A stretch of DNA of 64,000 bases from Eledone cirrhosa (Eukaryota). A model generated the notes under the pieces. The model made no database searches, was not told where the DNA came from, and saw only the letters and a list, made by a program, of their open reading frames with translations. The stretch is taken from contig OZ024749.1 in assembly GCA_964016885.1 (NCBI GenBank), forward strand, positions 48,670,001 through 48,734,000. Reading direction: 5' to 3'. Positions 29,120-42,141 of the stretch are shown here, in pieces. Both the position numbers and the translations under genes were made by a program. Position 1 is the first letter of the stretch. Each line of letters begins with the position of its first letter.

Positions 29120-29835
29120 CTCAGATGTACTCATCACAGGATATTTGCTGTTCCCGAGTGTTGTTGTTTTTGGCAATGCCTAAATGCTAGCAATAACTAA
29201 AATGTATTTATTTTTTCTGGAGGTTTCTATCAACGACTCAAATGCTTCAATCATAATTGCTTCCACTCTTGCTATCATGTTCCACACTTTTTAGTCATCT
29301 ATTTTGATAGCTGCATATTTTACGATTTTCTCGATTTGATGTAATTGTCTCCTGAGCAAGCTATATCGATGAAAACACCCCGTGTCATTACCTTTATCCC
29401 CCACATTAATATGTAATATTATACTGTCAAAGAATCTATCTGTATGGGACGTGAAGTCTCACAAGTGTCTGATTTACTAGTACATACAAATTAGTAGGTG
29501 TTGCAAACCCATATTTCTTACGTATAGATCAATGTACTTTTAAACACACATTGGCGTGACGCTCTTTACGTTCCTTCTTCACAAACATGTGAAAGGCATT
29601 AAAGATGTTTGACACACTTTCCCCCTTCTTCTCGTGTAATCTACTTGTATATGTGTTTAAAATTTAATCATGAGCATCTAGTAATAAACATTATGTGTGT
29701 CTCTCTCACTTAAATTCTGCTTTTGTCAACCAAAGCCAGGGAATATCCTACTTTTACTTCTGTGTTTCTCCTTCAATTTGATCACGTAATTACATACTCT
29801 CCCTTCTTCTCAGTTTCTCAGCCAGTAACCATTGT
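29120..29835 (-). mobile_element. Older, heavily decayed R4/Dong 3' fragment (CCHC/REL region)
   Basis: My manual minus-strand reading gives WLTKAEFK..LLDAHD, RHANVC, DFTSHTDR, VWNMIARVEAIMIEAF and GTANIL, in the same order as the 31.5-kb copy. Confidence 0.6.
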
Positions 29836-29838
29836 TGC

Positions 29839-29887
<49 letters not shown>

Positions 29888-29893
29888 TTAATA

Positions 29894-29927
<34 letters not shown>

Positions 29928-29929
<2 letters not shown>

Positions 29930-30222
29930 GCCTTTCATCCTTACGGGGTCGATAAAATAAAGTACCAGTAATGGACTGGGTGATTGCTGGCCTTGTGTCA
30001 AAAGTAGAAACACTTATTAATATTATTATTATTATTGGTGGATTGGCAGTATCGGTAGACGGTCGGACGCCATGCTTTGACGCATAGAGTTGCGGCCCAT
30101 GTCATTATGAGTTCAAATCTCGCCAATGTTAACTTTGCCTTTCATCCTTACGGGGTCGATAAAATAAAGTACCACTAATGCACTGGGTAATTGCTGGCCT
30201 TGTGCCTAACGTAGAAACATTA
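29928..30222 (+). mobile_element. SINE family A tandem (partial 29928-30012, full 30037-30222) within (ATT)n
   Basis: Two copies of gcctttcatccttacggggtcgataaaataaagtacca. Confidence 0.88.
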
Positions 30223-30840
30223 TTAATATTATTAAGGTCTAATATATGACATATCGAAAATCTCGAAATCCTTGCTGGATGAACCGTACACATTTAAATA
30301 CCGGATATTGATTTAGTAATGTGCATTTATCATTAATTCACCTGTAACACACTCATAGTTATTATATAATACAGTGAATTGGAAAGACCACTCTCATCTA
30401 GTCTTTAAATTCGCTTCGTTGGCTGAAGTTCTTATGAATTATTAAAATCATTTCCGCCATTTAATTCTTCTTGAAGTTTGAAACGTGCTTCCGATGGGTT
30501 ATAAAATAAGTTATAAAACGATTACTCTGTGATCAAATTGTTTCGAAATATACTGTGTATCGAAAAGAATAATCAATGTATAGTGGTCACTGATATAATT
30601 TTACTTTCTGAGTTTTCAGTTCAAATACGACCGCTTCTTTTCCTGTCCGGTAATGAAAAACATAAGCAAGTCAAATGTCACTACTGCTGTTATTCGATAT
30701 AATTATTCCAGCCACAATCTCACCAACGCTATATCCATCTAGTATTTTTTTTAGAATAAGAGCGACATATTGATGTAATTAGATTTCAAAGATATTGTGT
30801 CGGAGGGAAGAAGAAGATCTTGATGTTGATTATTATTATT

Positions 30841-31137
30841 TTGGCAGTATTGGTATAGAGTCGGACACCATGTTTTCAGCATAGAGTTACATCCCTTTTC
30901 GGACTGAGTTCAATTTCCGCAGAGATTAACATTGCCTTTCATCCATACGGGGTGGATAAAATAAAGTACCAGTATTGCACTGGAGTCGATTTAATCGACT
31001 TTCCCCTCCCCCAAATTACTGGCCCTGTGCTTATACTAGAAATCATTTAACTTGGCCTTTCATCCTTAAAGGGTCGATAAAATAAAGTACCAGTAATGCA
31101 CTGGGTAATTACCGGCCTTGTGCCAAAAGTAGAAACA

Positions 31138-31140
<3 letters not shown>
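30841..31140 (+). mobile_element. SINE family A tandem (long variant plus partial short variant)
   Basis: Head at 30841; second central domain and tail at 31046-31140, followed by (ATT)n. Confidence 0.88.
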
Positions 31141-31169
<29 letters not shown>

Positions 31170-31423
31170 GTGTCTGTAAATTAAAGGTGGAAAACTGGGA
31201 GAGGGCACTTGCCCTGGTGGTCAGGGCCACTGTGGTCTTTTAATGGGCTTTCTCCACAAATGTCCCTCGGAAGTCTCCCCCCTATTGGGGAATTTTTCTT
31301 TGTTATTTTATTTCATCCTCTGTTTTTTTTTACACGCAGAAATGCCCATTTGTACCGTCCTGTATTGTCCTGTACTGTCCTTAATGTCTACTTTATGTAA
31401 ACCCTTGTGGTTAATAAAGAAAA

Positions 31424-31425
<2 letters not shown>
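31170..31425 (+). mobile_element. Probable 3' end of another LINE inserted in (ATT)n
   Basis: GC-richer unique block between two (ATT)n tracts, with AATAAA about 10 nt before the downstream tract. Confidence 0.45.
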
Positions 31426-31463
<38 letters not shown>

Positions 31464-31540
31464 GTTCTTTGAGTCTCAGTCATTGATGTTATTTAACAGG
31501 AAAGATTGTTGAAATGAATATCAAGCCACTACCTGCAGCC

Positions 31541-32620
31541 TCAGATATTCAGGAGGTATCGGAGGGTTTTTGCTCTTCCCAGCAAGCATGCCTTTTGAAG
31601 TGTTCCAAAAAGCGGGGCGGGTCAATTTTCTTTAACCATCCTTGGAACTCTTTGAGATAGTACCTAATGCGCCTATGACAATCGCGACCACTTTGACTTC
31701 ATGTCAGTTCCAAATCCTTTTTACCTCTCATTTTAAGTCCTGGTATCGGTTAATTTTCTCCCTCTCCTTCTATTGCACTCTTGTGTCGAATGGGCAGGCT
31801 ACATCCACAATCAGGCACGATCTTATTTCTTTGTCCAAAACCACCAGGTCAGGTCTATTGTGTTCCAGTTTCTTGTCCGTCTGTATCATAAAATCCCACA
31901 GCACGTTCACATGATCGTTTTCTATCACCGACTCTGGCTTATGCTCATACCACTTCTCAGAATGTGGTAAATTGTTTACTTTGCATAGGTGACAGAGGAT
32001 CACCCTGCCCATCACATCATGTCTCCAGCCTTTATAGTGCTTTTGAGCTAGGTGTTTACACTCGGATACAATGTGAGCCACAGTCTCCTCTCTCTCTGTC
32101 CACAGATCCTACACAGTGGGCTAGCCTCCTCCTTGTAAATATGGTGTTTCAGCCACTTCGTTTTGAGGGCCTGTTCTTGCGCATCCATTAGCATTCCTTC
32201 TGTAGCCTTTTTAAGGTCTCCTCTTTTCAACCAGTTCCATGTCTGTGGATCTCTGAATTCAGTTTTCTCAAAGAAGGCACTATGAAGGGATTTTTCATGA
32301 AGGTTGGTCTTTCTCCTTGTTGTTATTTCCTCCTTGGACATCTCCTGGTCTATTGTCCTCTCCTTCAGTATAATTCTGAGCATTGGCTCCCTACTATCAG
32401 TCACGTATTTCTGTAGGTTGTTTTTCTCCATCTGAACACAGTCATCTATGCTGATAAGACCTCTTCCAACTTCAGATCTCCTTAAGTAGAGACTATCGAC
32501 ATCACTCCTCGTGTGGAACATGTTGTAGATAGTCAAAAGCTTCCTAGTCTTCCTCTCCATTTTTTTTTGTTTAGCAACATACCATCTCAGAATTCCCGCA
32601 CTGTACCTAATAATAGACAC
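31541..32620 (-). pseudogene. R4/Dong thumb, CCHC and REL endonuclease region, with frameshifts and stops
   Basis: ORFs 32048-32620 and 31770-32081 contain AQEQAL, CRICG, HIVSEC, RHD, WDFMIQTD, RPD and IVDVACP. Confidence 0.9.
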
Positions 32621-32799
32621 ATCTCGGAATTTACTGCACTTATGGCATTCCTACTGTTCAGATGTGATATTAATACGCTCCTTACTCTCCGAATGTATTC
32701 AGATCTTATCAATTCCTTCATTTTTTGTTGTAGATGTCATCAGCCCACAGAACACCTACATATTTGTATCTTTCTTCAGTGTCAATTTTCTTTATCATC

Positions 32800-33328
32800 T
32801 CACCTTTGGTACCTGGATTCCGTTGCTTCGCTCAATTTACCCCTCTTCATAACAAGGACTCCACACTTACTAAAACCAAATTGCATACATATATCATTGC
32901 TGAAAATACGGACAGTGTCAACAAGCACAACCAACTCCTTCTCACTCTTCCCGAAGAGCTTAAGATCGTCCATGAAGAGGAGGTGATTGATGGTAAGCTC
33001 TGCCTTTCCCAACGTGTATCCTGCTCACTTTTCGCAGTATAATGGTCAGGGGCATCAGGGCAAGGACAAACAATATAGAGGACAGACTATCTCCCTGGAA
33101 GATACCTCTCTTGATCTTCACGCCTCCCAAGGATTCTCCAGCCGATGTTAACTCTGTTTTCCAGGACTTCATACTTTTGCTCAACAACTGTCTGATGTTA
33201 TCTGCCACCTTGAAGATCTCTAGGCTTTTGGTGATCCAAGAATGAGGCACCATGTCAAATGCCTTTTTGTAGTCTATCCATCCCATGGCAAGACCAGTGT
33301 GTTTCCTCTTGCAATTCCTCATTACCAT
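32800..33328 (-). pseudogene. R4/Dong RT core, split by a frameshift
   Basis: ORF 32960-33328 has DYKKAFD and GIFQGDSLS; ORF 32800-33012 has FMDDLKLF and FGFSKC. Confidence 0.92.
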
Positions 33329-33385
33329 ATTATCAATAAGTAACTGGTCCTGTGTACCACAGGACTTCTTTCGGCATCCTTTCTG

Positions 33386-33945
33386 TTAGTCCGGTAACAA
33401 GTTGTTTATGTGGAGGTGATGGTAGATTTCCTCAGAAACAATGCTTGTTAACAGTTTCCACATTACGGACAGACATGTGATAGGTCTATATTTGGTAACA
33501 TCATTACCCTTGATTCGGTATTTCATTAGCAGAACTGCGGTACCTTTTGTCAACGACTCAGGTACCTCACCTGACATCAAGCAGTCATTGAACATGGCTG
33601 TCAGTTTCGGGTGGAGGGATGTTATATATTTAATACAATACCCCTGCACACCATCTGGGCCTGGTGATTTCCGGTTGGTTAGTTTTTTGGCCTGTCCCTT
33701 AAGAGTTTCAACTGTGATACTCAAACCAGTTTGTTGGTGTGCCTGTTCACTAATCTCCTTTTGTACTGTCTCAATCCATACTGCCTGGTTATTATGTTTA
33801 ACATCCTGCTCCCATATTCCTCTCCAGAATGTCTTAGTTTGTTCCGCCTCAGGGATCAAGTCGCTGCCTCTTTCTTTCCCTTCAAGCTGTCCAAACAACA
33901 TATTCTGGTTGTTGTCAAACATGCGGTTCTGTCTATACCGACTGA
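33386..33945 (-). pseudogene. R4/Dong ORF fragment: pre-RT region and RT N-terminus
   Basis: 178-aa ORF with FWRGIW, KSPGPDG and YRPITCLSVMWKLLT; ends at an in-frame stop. Confidence 0.9.
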
Positions 33946-33947
33946 AA

Positions 33948-34122
33948 TGGCAGCATCGGTAGAGGGTCGGACGCCAGGCTTTCCACCATAGTTACGTCCC
34001 TTTGCGGTCTGAGTTCAAATCCCGCCGAGGTTAACTTTGCCTTTCACCCTTTCGGGGTCGATAAAATAAAGTATCAGTAATGTACTGGGTAATTGATGGC
34101 CTTGTGTCAAAATTAGAAACAA
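33948..34122 (+). mobile_element. SINE family A abutting the Dong 5' end
   Basis: tggcagcatcggtagagggtcggacgcc..gagttcaaatcccgccgagg. Confidence 0.9.
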
Positions 34123-35085
34123 ATATTATTATTATTATTACTATTATGGTGATGCCGATGACGATTAGGGGAAGAAAATATTTGGTAATAGGCCTGATTC
34201 ACCTACAATAAAATTGGTCTAGGGTGGAACAAGAGCAAGAGATAATCAATGTTCGCTTTTGACATTCTCGGAGATTGTATGCCGGCTATCTTTTAATTTT
34301 AAATATTTTTTACCTGTCAAACAAAGACTAATAATGCTCTTTGAAATCTAATTCAATATTTTACGAATCTCTCATTGCGAGCTTGGTGAGAGGATGCAAG
34401 TCAATAATAAGTTAAGTAGCAATCACATATTTCAGGCATTTAATTCTGAAGCTTGTAGAATAGACGTCAGATTGTGTACGGTAGTACACTGCCAGAAATA
34501 AAATAAAATGAGTGCGACTATGATATGTTTGTTCGACAACCACTGTTGAGCAGCTACAACAACAACGCAAAATAAAAATAAAAAAACATTTGTAGAGTGA
34601 GGTGATTCTTAGAGAAGATTTAAATGCCGGAATATAAGAAATAGCCACATTTGTGGTTTATAATGATATCAACTATATTTCTTTAAATGGCAATTTTGTT
34701 TTGTATTTTATATTTATTTATAATGCATTATTATTTATATGATATCATTCCTTAACTTTTAATACATTATAATTATAGCTGAAATCTATTGTATTCCAAA
34801 TTATAGGATGTAACTTAAATGGAATTATATGAACATGGAATGGAAAGCATACTGCGAATGGAAAATACTACGATTTACAAGAGAGATATAAGTTTTTAAA
34901 AAAATTATAACTTCTGACATGCCGAAACAAAAACACCATCCACAGCATATTGTTATAAAACTATACATTCTGATCACAGAGTTATCACATATGAAACTGC
35001 ATATGGATTTTTAATGTATTTCGATTAATGAATTAAGCAATTACTTGCCCTTTCTTGATATATATATATATATATATACATAAAA

Positions 35086-35118
<33 letters not shown>

Positions 35119-35625
35119 AATATATACATATATATATATGATTCATTTCTTATAATTATCCATTCGAAAGCCCTTTGGCAGGAATTACTTGCTTTGGAAT
35201 GTTCATTGGCATAATTAATAAAAATGAAAACGTTCAATTGTTAAAAATGCTTCCAAAGTAGATAATGCTAATGCGATGCAATGCAATTAAACGGTGTTAT
35301 TAATTTTGAAGCTATTATACACTGTGAGAAAACGATACTGTGAATAAAAGAGAAACCAAAACAAAATAAATTAGAACATTAATTGCAAAGTTAAGTCTCA
35401 TTAATTCTCCGGCTATATAATCACATGTATTTAATTATTTTATTAGATATAATATCAATCAATAATTCAGATTATATGGCATTTCCCTGTTCTCTGATTT
35501 TGAAGAGTGTAAGAGAAAAAATACGATAGATAGGCAAAGAATAAAATACAACTAAATCGAAATCGAAATGTTAAAGTATAAGTCTAATTCACAGGAAATT
35601 TAATAAGTTATAAATGATAATGCAG

Positions 35626-35663
<38 letters not shown>

Positions 35664-35664
35664 T

Positions 35665-35702
<38 letters not shown>

Positions 35703-35741
35703 GAATATATATATGTTTATATATATATGAATATATATATT

Positions 35742-35784
<43 letters not shown>

Positions 35785-35825
35785 GAATGTATATATATAT
35801 ATATATACATATATTTATATATATA

Positions 35826-35932
<107 letters not shown>

Positions 35933-35933
35933 G

Positions 35934-36000
<67 letters not shown>

Positions 36001-36902
36001 AAATGTTGTGCATACTAAGTAACTACTAGAATGTTTTGAACAAAACTATAGATTACAATTGTAATGTCTTGCGTTCGATGCCTGGACCAGATTACACCTT
36101 GTTTTCTTAAGCTTTGTACCATTCTACTCACCTGAAAATGACTACCAGCACCATCTGAAGGCTTAACCGTCATTTCAAAATGTGTCTATCCTTTTATGTG
36201 TAAAAGTGCAAATAATTAACGAATTCTGGAAATATAAGGTCTAATCGCATTCATATATGTATTTCAAGAATACGGGAGTATGTCTGGAGAAATAACTAAC
36301 ATATAATGCTTTTTTCCCTAAGTTTACTCACTATATCGATTTCTGTAAGACCAATTTTATTGAAAGTAATCGCTTTAAATGCATAAATAACGAACGAAAA
36401 ATGGTCGAAATATTGGAGGCGTGATTTTCAAAACAAATATTTAAAGTAGTATATTTCCCTTGGCTTATAATCGAATCCGTATCATACGAACCTGTATCCA
36501 TGACATATTCCGCCACCATTAAAATGCAGCCAAACACATTTATAAAAAAGAGCGATATGATTCAAAATGCCTAATTAAATATTCCAAAATTCAGAAGAGG
36601 TTTGAAATATATAGGAACAGTTTCATATTTTTGAATTCGCAATTAGAATTAATGACTATTATGCTAAACTAATTAATTATACATGAATTATTTTCCATCT
36701 AACTTGATGACTACACCATCTTTTTTAGGCTAACTACTTCTAAAATAGATTTAATGACTATATCTAATTCGCTGTTTGGCTAGCAAGAAAATTACACTTG
36801 TGATCTTTAAACGTGTTATGAGCTTACGTACATCTAAACAGTATATTTCGCTGTATTGAATAATATATAAGGGTATCATTGCATATCATAATGTATACCA
36901 TT

Positions 36903-37115
36903 GGCGACGGATTGACAGTATCATGAGAGTGTCAGCGAATAGGGTTTGCGGCATAGAGTTACGGGCCTTTCCATTCTGAGTTCAAATTCTGCCGAGGTTT
37001 TCTTTGAACCTCATCCATATGGAGTCTATAAATTACAAGGAGTGGAGTGAGGTCACTTTAATGGAATTACTGCTACCCCAAATTAGTTGGCCTTGTGTCT
37101 AAATCTGAAATCATT
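36903..37115 (+). mobile_element. SINE family A, diverged long variant
   Basis: gagttcaaattctgccgagg and tail ggccttgtgtctaaa. Confidence 0.75.
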
Positions 37116-37777
37116 ACATATGCCATTGTTATTATATCTGTCTGTATTTTCAATAATGTTTCACCTAATATATGTAGGAATATATATTTTCTTTTCATAT
37201 TTTCCTAAGCGGCCAAATATATTCAGATCAATTTCCAGTATCCTTGAACTATTTAAACGATCTTGCAAAACCTCTTACCATGTTTATGATTTCAAGTACC
37301 TTTCATGATCCTTCAGCTATTTGTCACGTATTCTGAAATTCCCTATTGGAAGGCCATGCATTTCGATCAACTAAGGTAGCAATACTATTATAGTTATACA
37401 CATATGATGTTCAATAATTTAGCTCCATCTGTTATTCCGCGATTTCTATTGATCTTTTTAAATTGCGAGTTCTACATGACTTTGGAAACATTTTCTTAAC
37501 CGGTTATAATGTTGTCTTCTCGTACAACTAATATTGTTGATGTTTGTCAACATTTTCACAGCATAAAAACACATTTGTTTACGTGGAGAGACAGACTGAG
37601 ATTGGTTACCTTAACTGTTACATATTCTTAATGCACGTTTTTAACAACAGTTTTTATTTTCCCCTTCACGTTAATTATAATGTAGAACAATTAATTCACA
37701 GTGGATATTACGTTATTGATATATCTATTCGTATGAATTAACAAATAACTATAGCTTTTCCTCCTGTTTATTTTATT

Positions 37778-37922
<145 letters not shown>

Positions 37923-38604
37923 GCGTAAATGAGTACACATATGAGAGTAAGTGTGTTGAAAACATCCTACACAAATTATCTTAAATCATATTTTCCGCTC
38001 GTGCTCTCCCTCGCCCCGTCCCTCTCTCTATCTCCCTTTTCTTTTTTATGTTTTCTCTATTTCGTTCTCGCTCTATATATATATGTGTATATGTATATAT
38101 GCATACCAAAAAGCCGTGTTTTATTCCTATACATGAGGGTGTATTTTCGGGTTGATTTACAAATATATTGTACTCATTCTACCTCAGTCGATGATCTGTT
38201 GTTATGGATTTTCCAATTGATTCTTTTTTTAAAAGCAATATATGGGCACCAGTTTATCGTTAGATAATTCCTGTAAAAACGTTTATCTTTGAACTGATTA
38301 ACTATATATATGTTGTTCATGTTATTGTAACTATTTCCCAGATATTTCTAATCTTTTTTTCTTTACCGCGTGAATACCTACCCTCAAATATTAAAGGTTT
38401 ACTGAAAGCCGATAGTATTTATATGTAAGATTCCCTGTTTTTCCATTATATTTACAATGTAATTTTACCACTAAGATTTTACTGTGTTTTTGGTAATTCT
38501 CATTCCTCTTATTTTCAGATAGTAAAGAAGATTTTCTTTCTATTGGGTTGATTATATCGAATTTATTCTCACACAATTTGCCGGCTTTGTGTATATATTT
38601 GATT

Positions 38605-38788
38605 TGGATTGGCAGTATCGGTAGAGAGTCGGATGCCATGCTTTCCTGCATAGTTACGTCCCGTTACGGACTGAGTTCAAATCCCGCTGAGGTTAACTTT
38701 GCCTTTCATCCTTTCGGGGTCGATAAAATAAAGTACCGGTAATGTACTGGGTAATTGCTGGCCTTGTGCCAAAAGTAGAAACAATTAT
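38605..38788 (+). mobile_element. SINE family A (full copy)
   Basis: Near-consensus copy with head, centre and tail. Confidence 0.9.
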
Positions 38789-38998
38789 TTCGAGTAATGT
38801 AGAATCAACACATCTGAGAGAAAAGAAAGACATTATAAAGTTGAATATGAAAACAGTGTACCCTTAAATAAGATCTTCAAATAGATGGAGGCTACAAAAC
38901 GATTCAACAACATTTTAACTGTTTGGGCGTCCATTTTAGATATTTATGATTCTTGAATTGATGGGTTTCCTCACAGACTACACAGCTTAAAAAAATAG

Positions 38999-39045
<47 letters not shown>

Positions 39046-39049
<4 letters not shown>

Positions 39050-39170
39050 GTTTCTACTGTTGGCACAAGGCCAGCAATTATCGGCCCCCTAAGGATGAAA
39101 GGCAAAGGTAACATCGGCAGCATTTGAACTCAGGCCATAAAGGCCGTAACTCTTTGCTGTAAAGCATGCG
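39046..39170 (-). mobile_element. SINE family A, partial and deleted
   Basis: Reverse-complemented tail and B box (tttgaactcag). Confidence 0.75.
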
Positions 39171-39636
39171 AGTTTGTGTGAATGTGAGTGTGTCAGTGTA
39201 CCTCTGGTTATGTATGCGTGCATGCTGGTAAACAACAAACTTCACTTGATATTTAAAATATGTTTTCACAAATTATCTAATGATAGGTTGTATATATGAT
39301 AAGATTTCAACTGACATCAGTATTGCTCCAAATATGCTTTGTTCATAGATGAAAATATATTATAATGGCAAACGGAATCTGAATGCAGATTAGAGGGGTA
39401 TTCTTCTAGACTCAATTAACAACGTTAAATTTAATATTTAATATATTATCTCATTCCTCCGACGTTGGGGAATTGCACATATATACATATATACCATTAC
39501 ATATGTATAGATATTAATTATGCGAATTGTCTCATAAAACCTTCCAATAATTAGATGTACAAGCCCATTGCAACATATGTAAGAAATTAAATATGGTGTA
39601 AACGATATTTGTTCTACCTTATATATATATATATAT

Positions 39637-40240
39637 CGTTTCTGAATTTGTTTAGCAAGATTATTTATCTGAAAACGTGCGTCGAAACCGATATTGTTAT
39701 ACTTTGGGAGGGTCATGTTGCCAATAAGAAACACACGCACCAGTCGCTTTCACTCCAATTTATCATAAATTAAATTTTAAATTAAAAATATATATATATA
39801 TATAAATTTCCGGTTGGTTGGTTGGTTCCACAACCGGACGGTTGTTCATATATTGTCAAAGTTCTTTCGTCACATATACTGTGACCTCATGAGTGACTGG
39901 GGATTATTTTCTTTGTTTTGTGCCTCTCCTTTGTTCTGTCCTACGCCATCTTGTTTTTTGTGTGTGTTGTGTACTTAGTTTGCGCATGTGTTACATCCGG
40001 GTGTCTATGTGTGTTTTTATTTGTTTATTTATTTGTTTATTTACATGTTACCAGTCACTGATGAGGTCACATAATGTGTGACGAGAGAACTTTGACAATA
40101 TATGAACAACCGTCCGGTTGTGGAACTAACCAACCAACTGGAATTTTTTTTTTTTTTATTTATAATTAAATTTATAATAAATTGGAGTGAAACAACTAGT
40201 GCGTGTGTTTCTTATTGGCAACATGACCCTCCCAAAGTAT

Positions 40241-40248
<8 letters not shown>
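39637..40248. mobile_element. Inverted-repeat element (~200-bp arms) in (TA)n, Penelope pLTR-like
   Basis: 39691-39900 is the reverse complement of 40051-40248, with a ~150-bp spacer; the ends are shared with the 11734-11958 element. Confidence 0.8.
40054..40096 (+). ncRNA. Decayed hammerhead-like motif; inverted partner at 39855-39897
   Basis: GTCA-CTGATGA-GGTCACATAATGTGTGAC-GAGA-GAACTT-TGAC. The minus-strand copy retains GAAA but has CTCATGA. Confidence 0.55.
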
Positions 40249-40291
<43 letters not shown>

Positions 40292-42027
40292 AGCAAATTA
40301 TAAGCGTAAACATGTAAGTATGTTTTTGAAACGGTGCGCGAGTTTGAAATTAGAAATTAGAAATTATAAGGTTTCACCGCATTTTAGACCAAAGACATTT
40401 CTAGCCTAATAGTGGGGTTTATAACCCTCGGAGAAATGGAAAAAAAAATGAGTGTTGCCGTATATATATATATATGTATATGTACGTATGTATTTATAAA
40501 CATTACTAATGTGTATTAGAATATCACTATTAACTTTAATCCTTGTATTGAATAGCTGCAACTTCAATACTATGTAGGACTGTGTACATAGTCACGGATA
40601 CAATATTATATGTAACCTAGCTTAGAGAAAAAAACTAAAATTAGACAATCGCATTAATTTAGATAATTAATTTAAATGTTGCGTATGGAATGCTATACTT
40701 TAAAATACCTTAATTGGAATTTCGATCTCTGTTGGTGAAAGAAAACAAAATCCTCTGGATTTTGTCTTTTTACTACTAAAAGGGAATATTTCATTTAATT
40801 AAGTATGTTTCCTTGATGGCCATCAGCGCCTCAACGTTTAACATAATTACGCTGATCACTACCTTGGGTTGATATGAACGTTCAGAAAGTATAGGCTAAA
40901 AATATAATTATTAGCCGGACACCATGTCGCATATTACGCTCATCATCACAATATCCTTCCCGATAATTGCTAAACCATCTAGAAAATACTGTGCTGCGTT
41001 AAAAATATATCCTGTTTAGGTCAAATTTAAAATCTAGTGGAAATCAATTTGAATCTAATAATATCAGGGTTCATAATTTAACAGGCAAATATTAAAAGAA
41101 TTACAGACTCTTACAAAATGAGTTTAATTTAAATATTAATATTCTTACATAGTAATGGTTAGGCTGGTAAAAACTATTGTAAACTACTCTTATGTGAAGT
41201 TAAATTAATCGCATCTCATTTATATCCCGAAAACCACCAGAGGTTAGCATATCGATCCTATACATTCCTTGGGGATTCTGTTTTAATTATTAAAAAATTT
41301 AAGATTCAAGAAATAATTGAAACACAAAATAATGTCAATTCTTCGCGTCTTAATTTCATAAGGGATATAGTTGATAACAATTTCAGCCAAGTAAAATGAG
41401 CTCTAACCCATTGCTTAAATTATTAGAAATAAGAAACGACCTTAGCCTACGAAAATAAGAAAGTAATCCATAGTACAACGTTGTCAGAACCAAAACGATG
41501 AGGTGTTCAACCACGGAATGGAGCATAGTTATGCATGATTAAGTTTGAATTTGGCCCAAACAATTGCATCACTAAAAGTGCAGCAACAACATCACGTATG
41601 TCTTTTCTGCTTTTGAAAACGAAACATTTACTAATGTATTTCTACTGGTGGTACATAAGAAATCTATTATGAATGAAAGGTATTAACTAAATGAATGTAA
41701 TACTAGTTTATTGGAGACAAACATTACGTCGAAAGGTCCATTTGAAAAATATATAGCAATTTTCATTCAATGCCGAAAAGACAGTACAAGGGACATATAA
41801 TGGATGCTCAAACTTTGGGTATCGTGCGACTCCAATGTGATTCAAGAATGGTGCAAACATTAACAATTAGCATATGGAACGTGGCAACAATTACATGTAT
41901 GAAGAAAGCTAAATATCACCGACTAGATATAAACAGAATTTACTCAACAAAATGTCTTTGAAGAAGAAGGAGAAAAAGAAATAGAAGAACAAGGAAACAG
42001 AGGGAAGATTAGAACTGAGAAGAAGAA

Positions 42028-42029
<2 letters not shown>

Positions 42030-42058
<29 letters not shown>

Positions 42059-42141
42059 AAGAAGAAGAAGAAGAAGAAGAAGAAGAAGAAGAAGAAGAAG
42101 AAGAAGAAGAAGAAGAAGAAGAAGAAGAAGAAGAAGAAGAA
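42030..42141. repeat. (GAA)n microsatellite
   Basis: Directly visible in the sequence. Confidence 0.98.

Larger units (their letters stand above)
31465..33945 (-). mobile_element. 5'-truncated, frameshifted R4/Dong-clade non-LTR retrotransposon (RT + CCHC zinc knuckle + restriction-like endonuclease)
   Basis: Consecutive minus-strand ORF pieces give RT motifs [41 protein letters not shown] and [11 protein letters not shown]. These are followed by CRICG..HIVSEC..RHD and the REL motif RPDLVVLD..LIVDVACPFD. The C-terminus QKACLLGRAKTLRYLLNI ends at TGA 31541-31543, and a short 3' UTR abuts the (ATT)n tract at 31426-31463. Confidence 0.93.

Noticed and set aside
29928-31140. CRISPR-like repeated ggggtcgataaaataaagtaccag
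   Set aside because: SINE central domain with irregular spacing in a eukaryotic context; no cas genes
33441-33962. Plus-strand ORFs across 31.6-34 kb
   Set aside because: Antisense shadows of the retrotransposon ORF
36331-36537. 68-aa minus-strand ORF with a coding-looking start
   Set aside because: No homology recognised and no consistent splice frame
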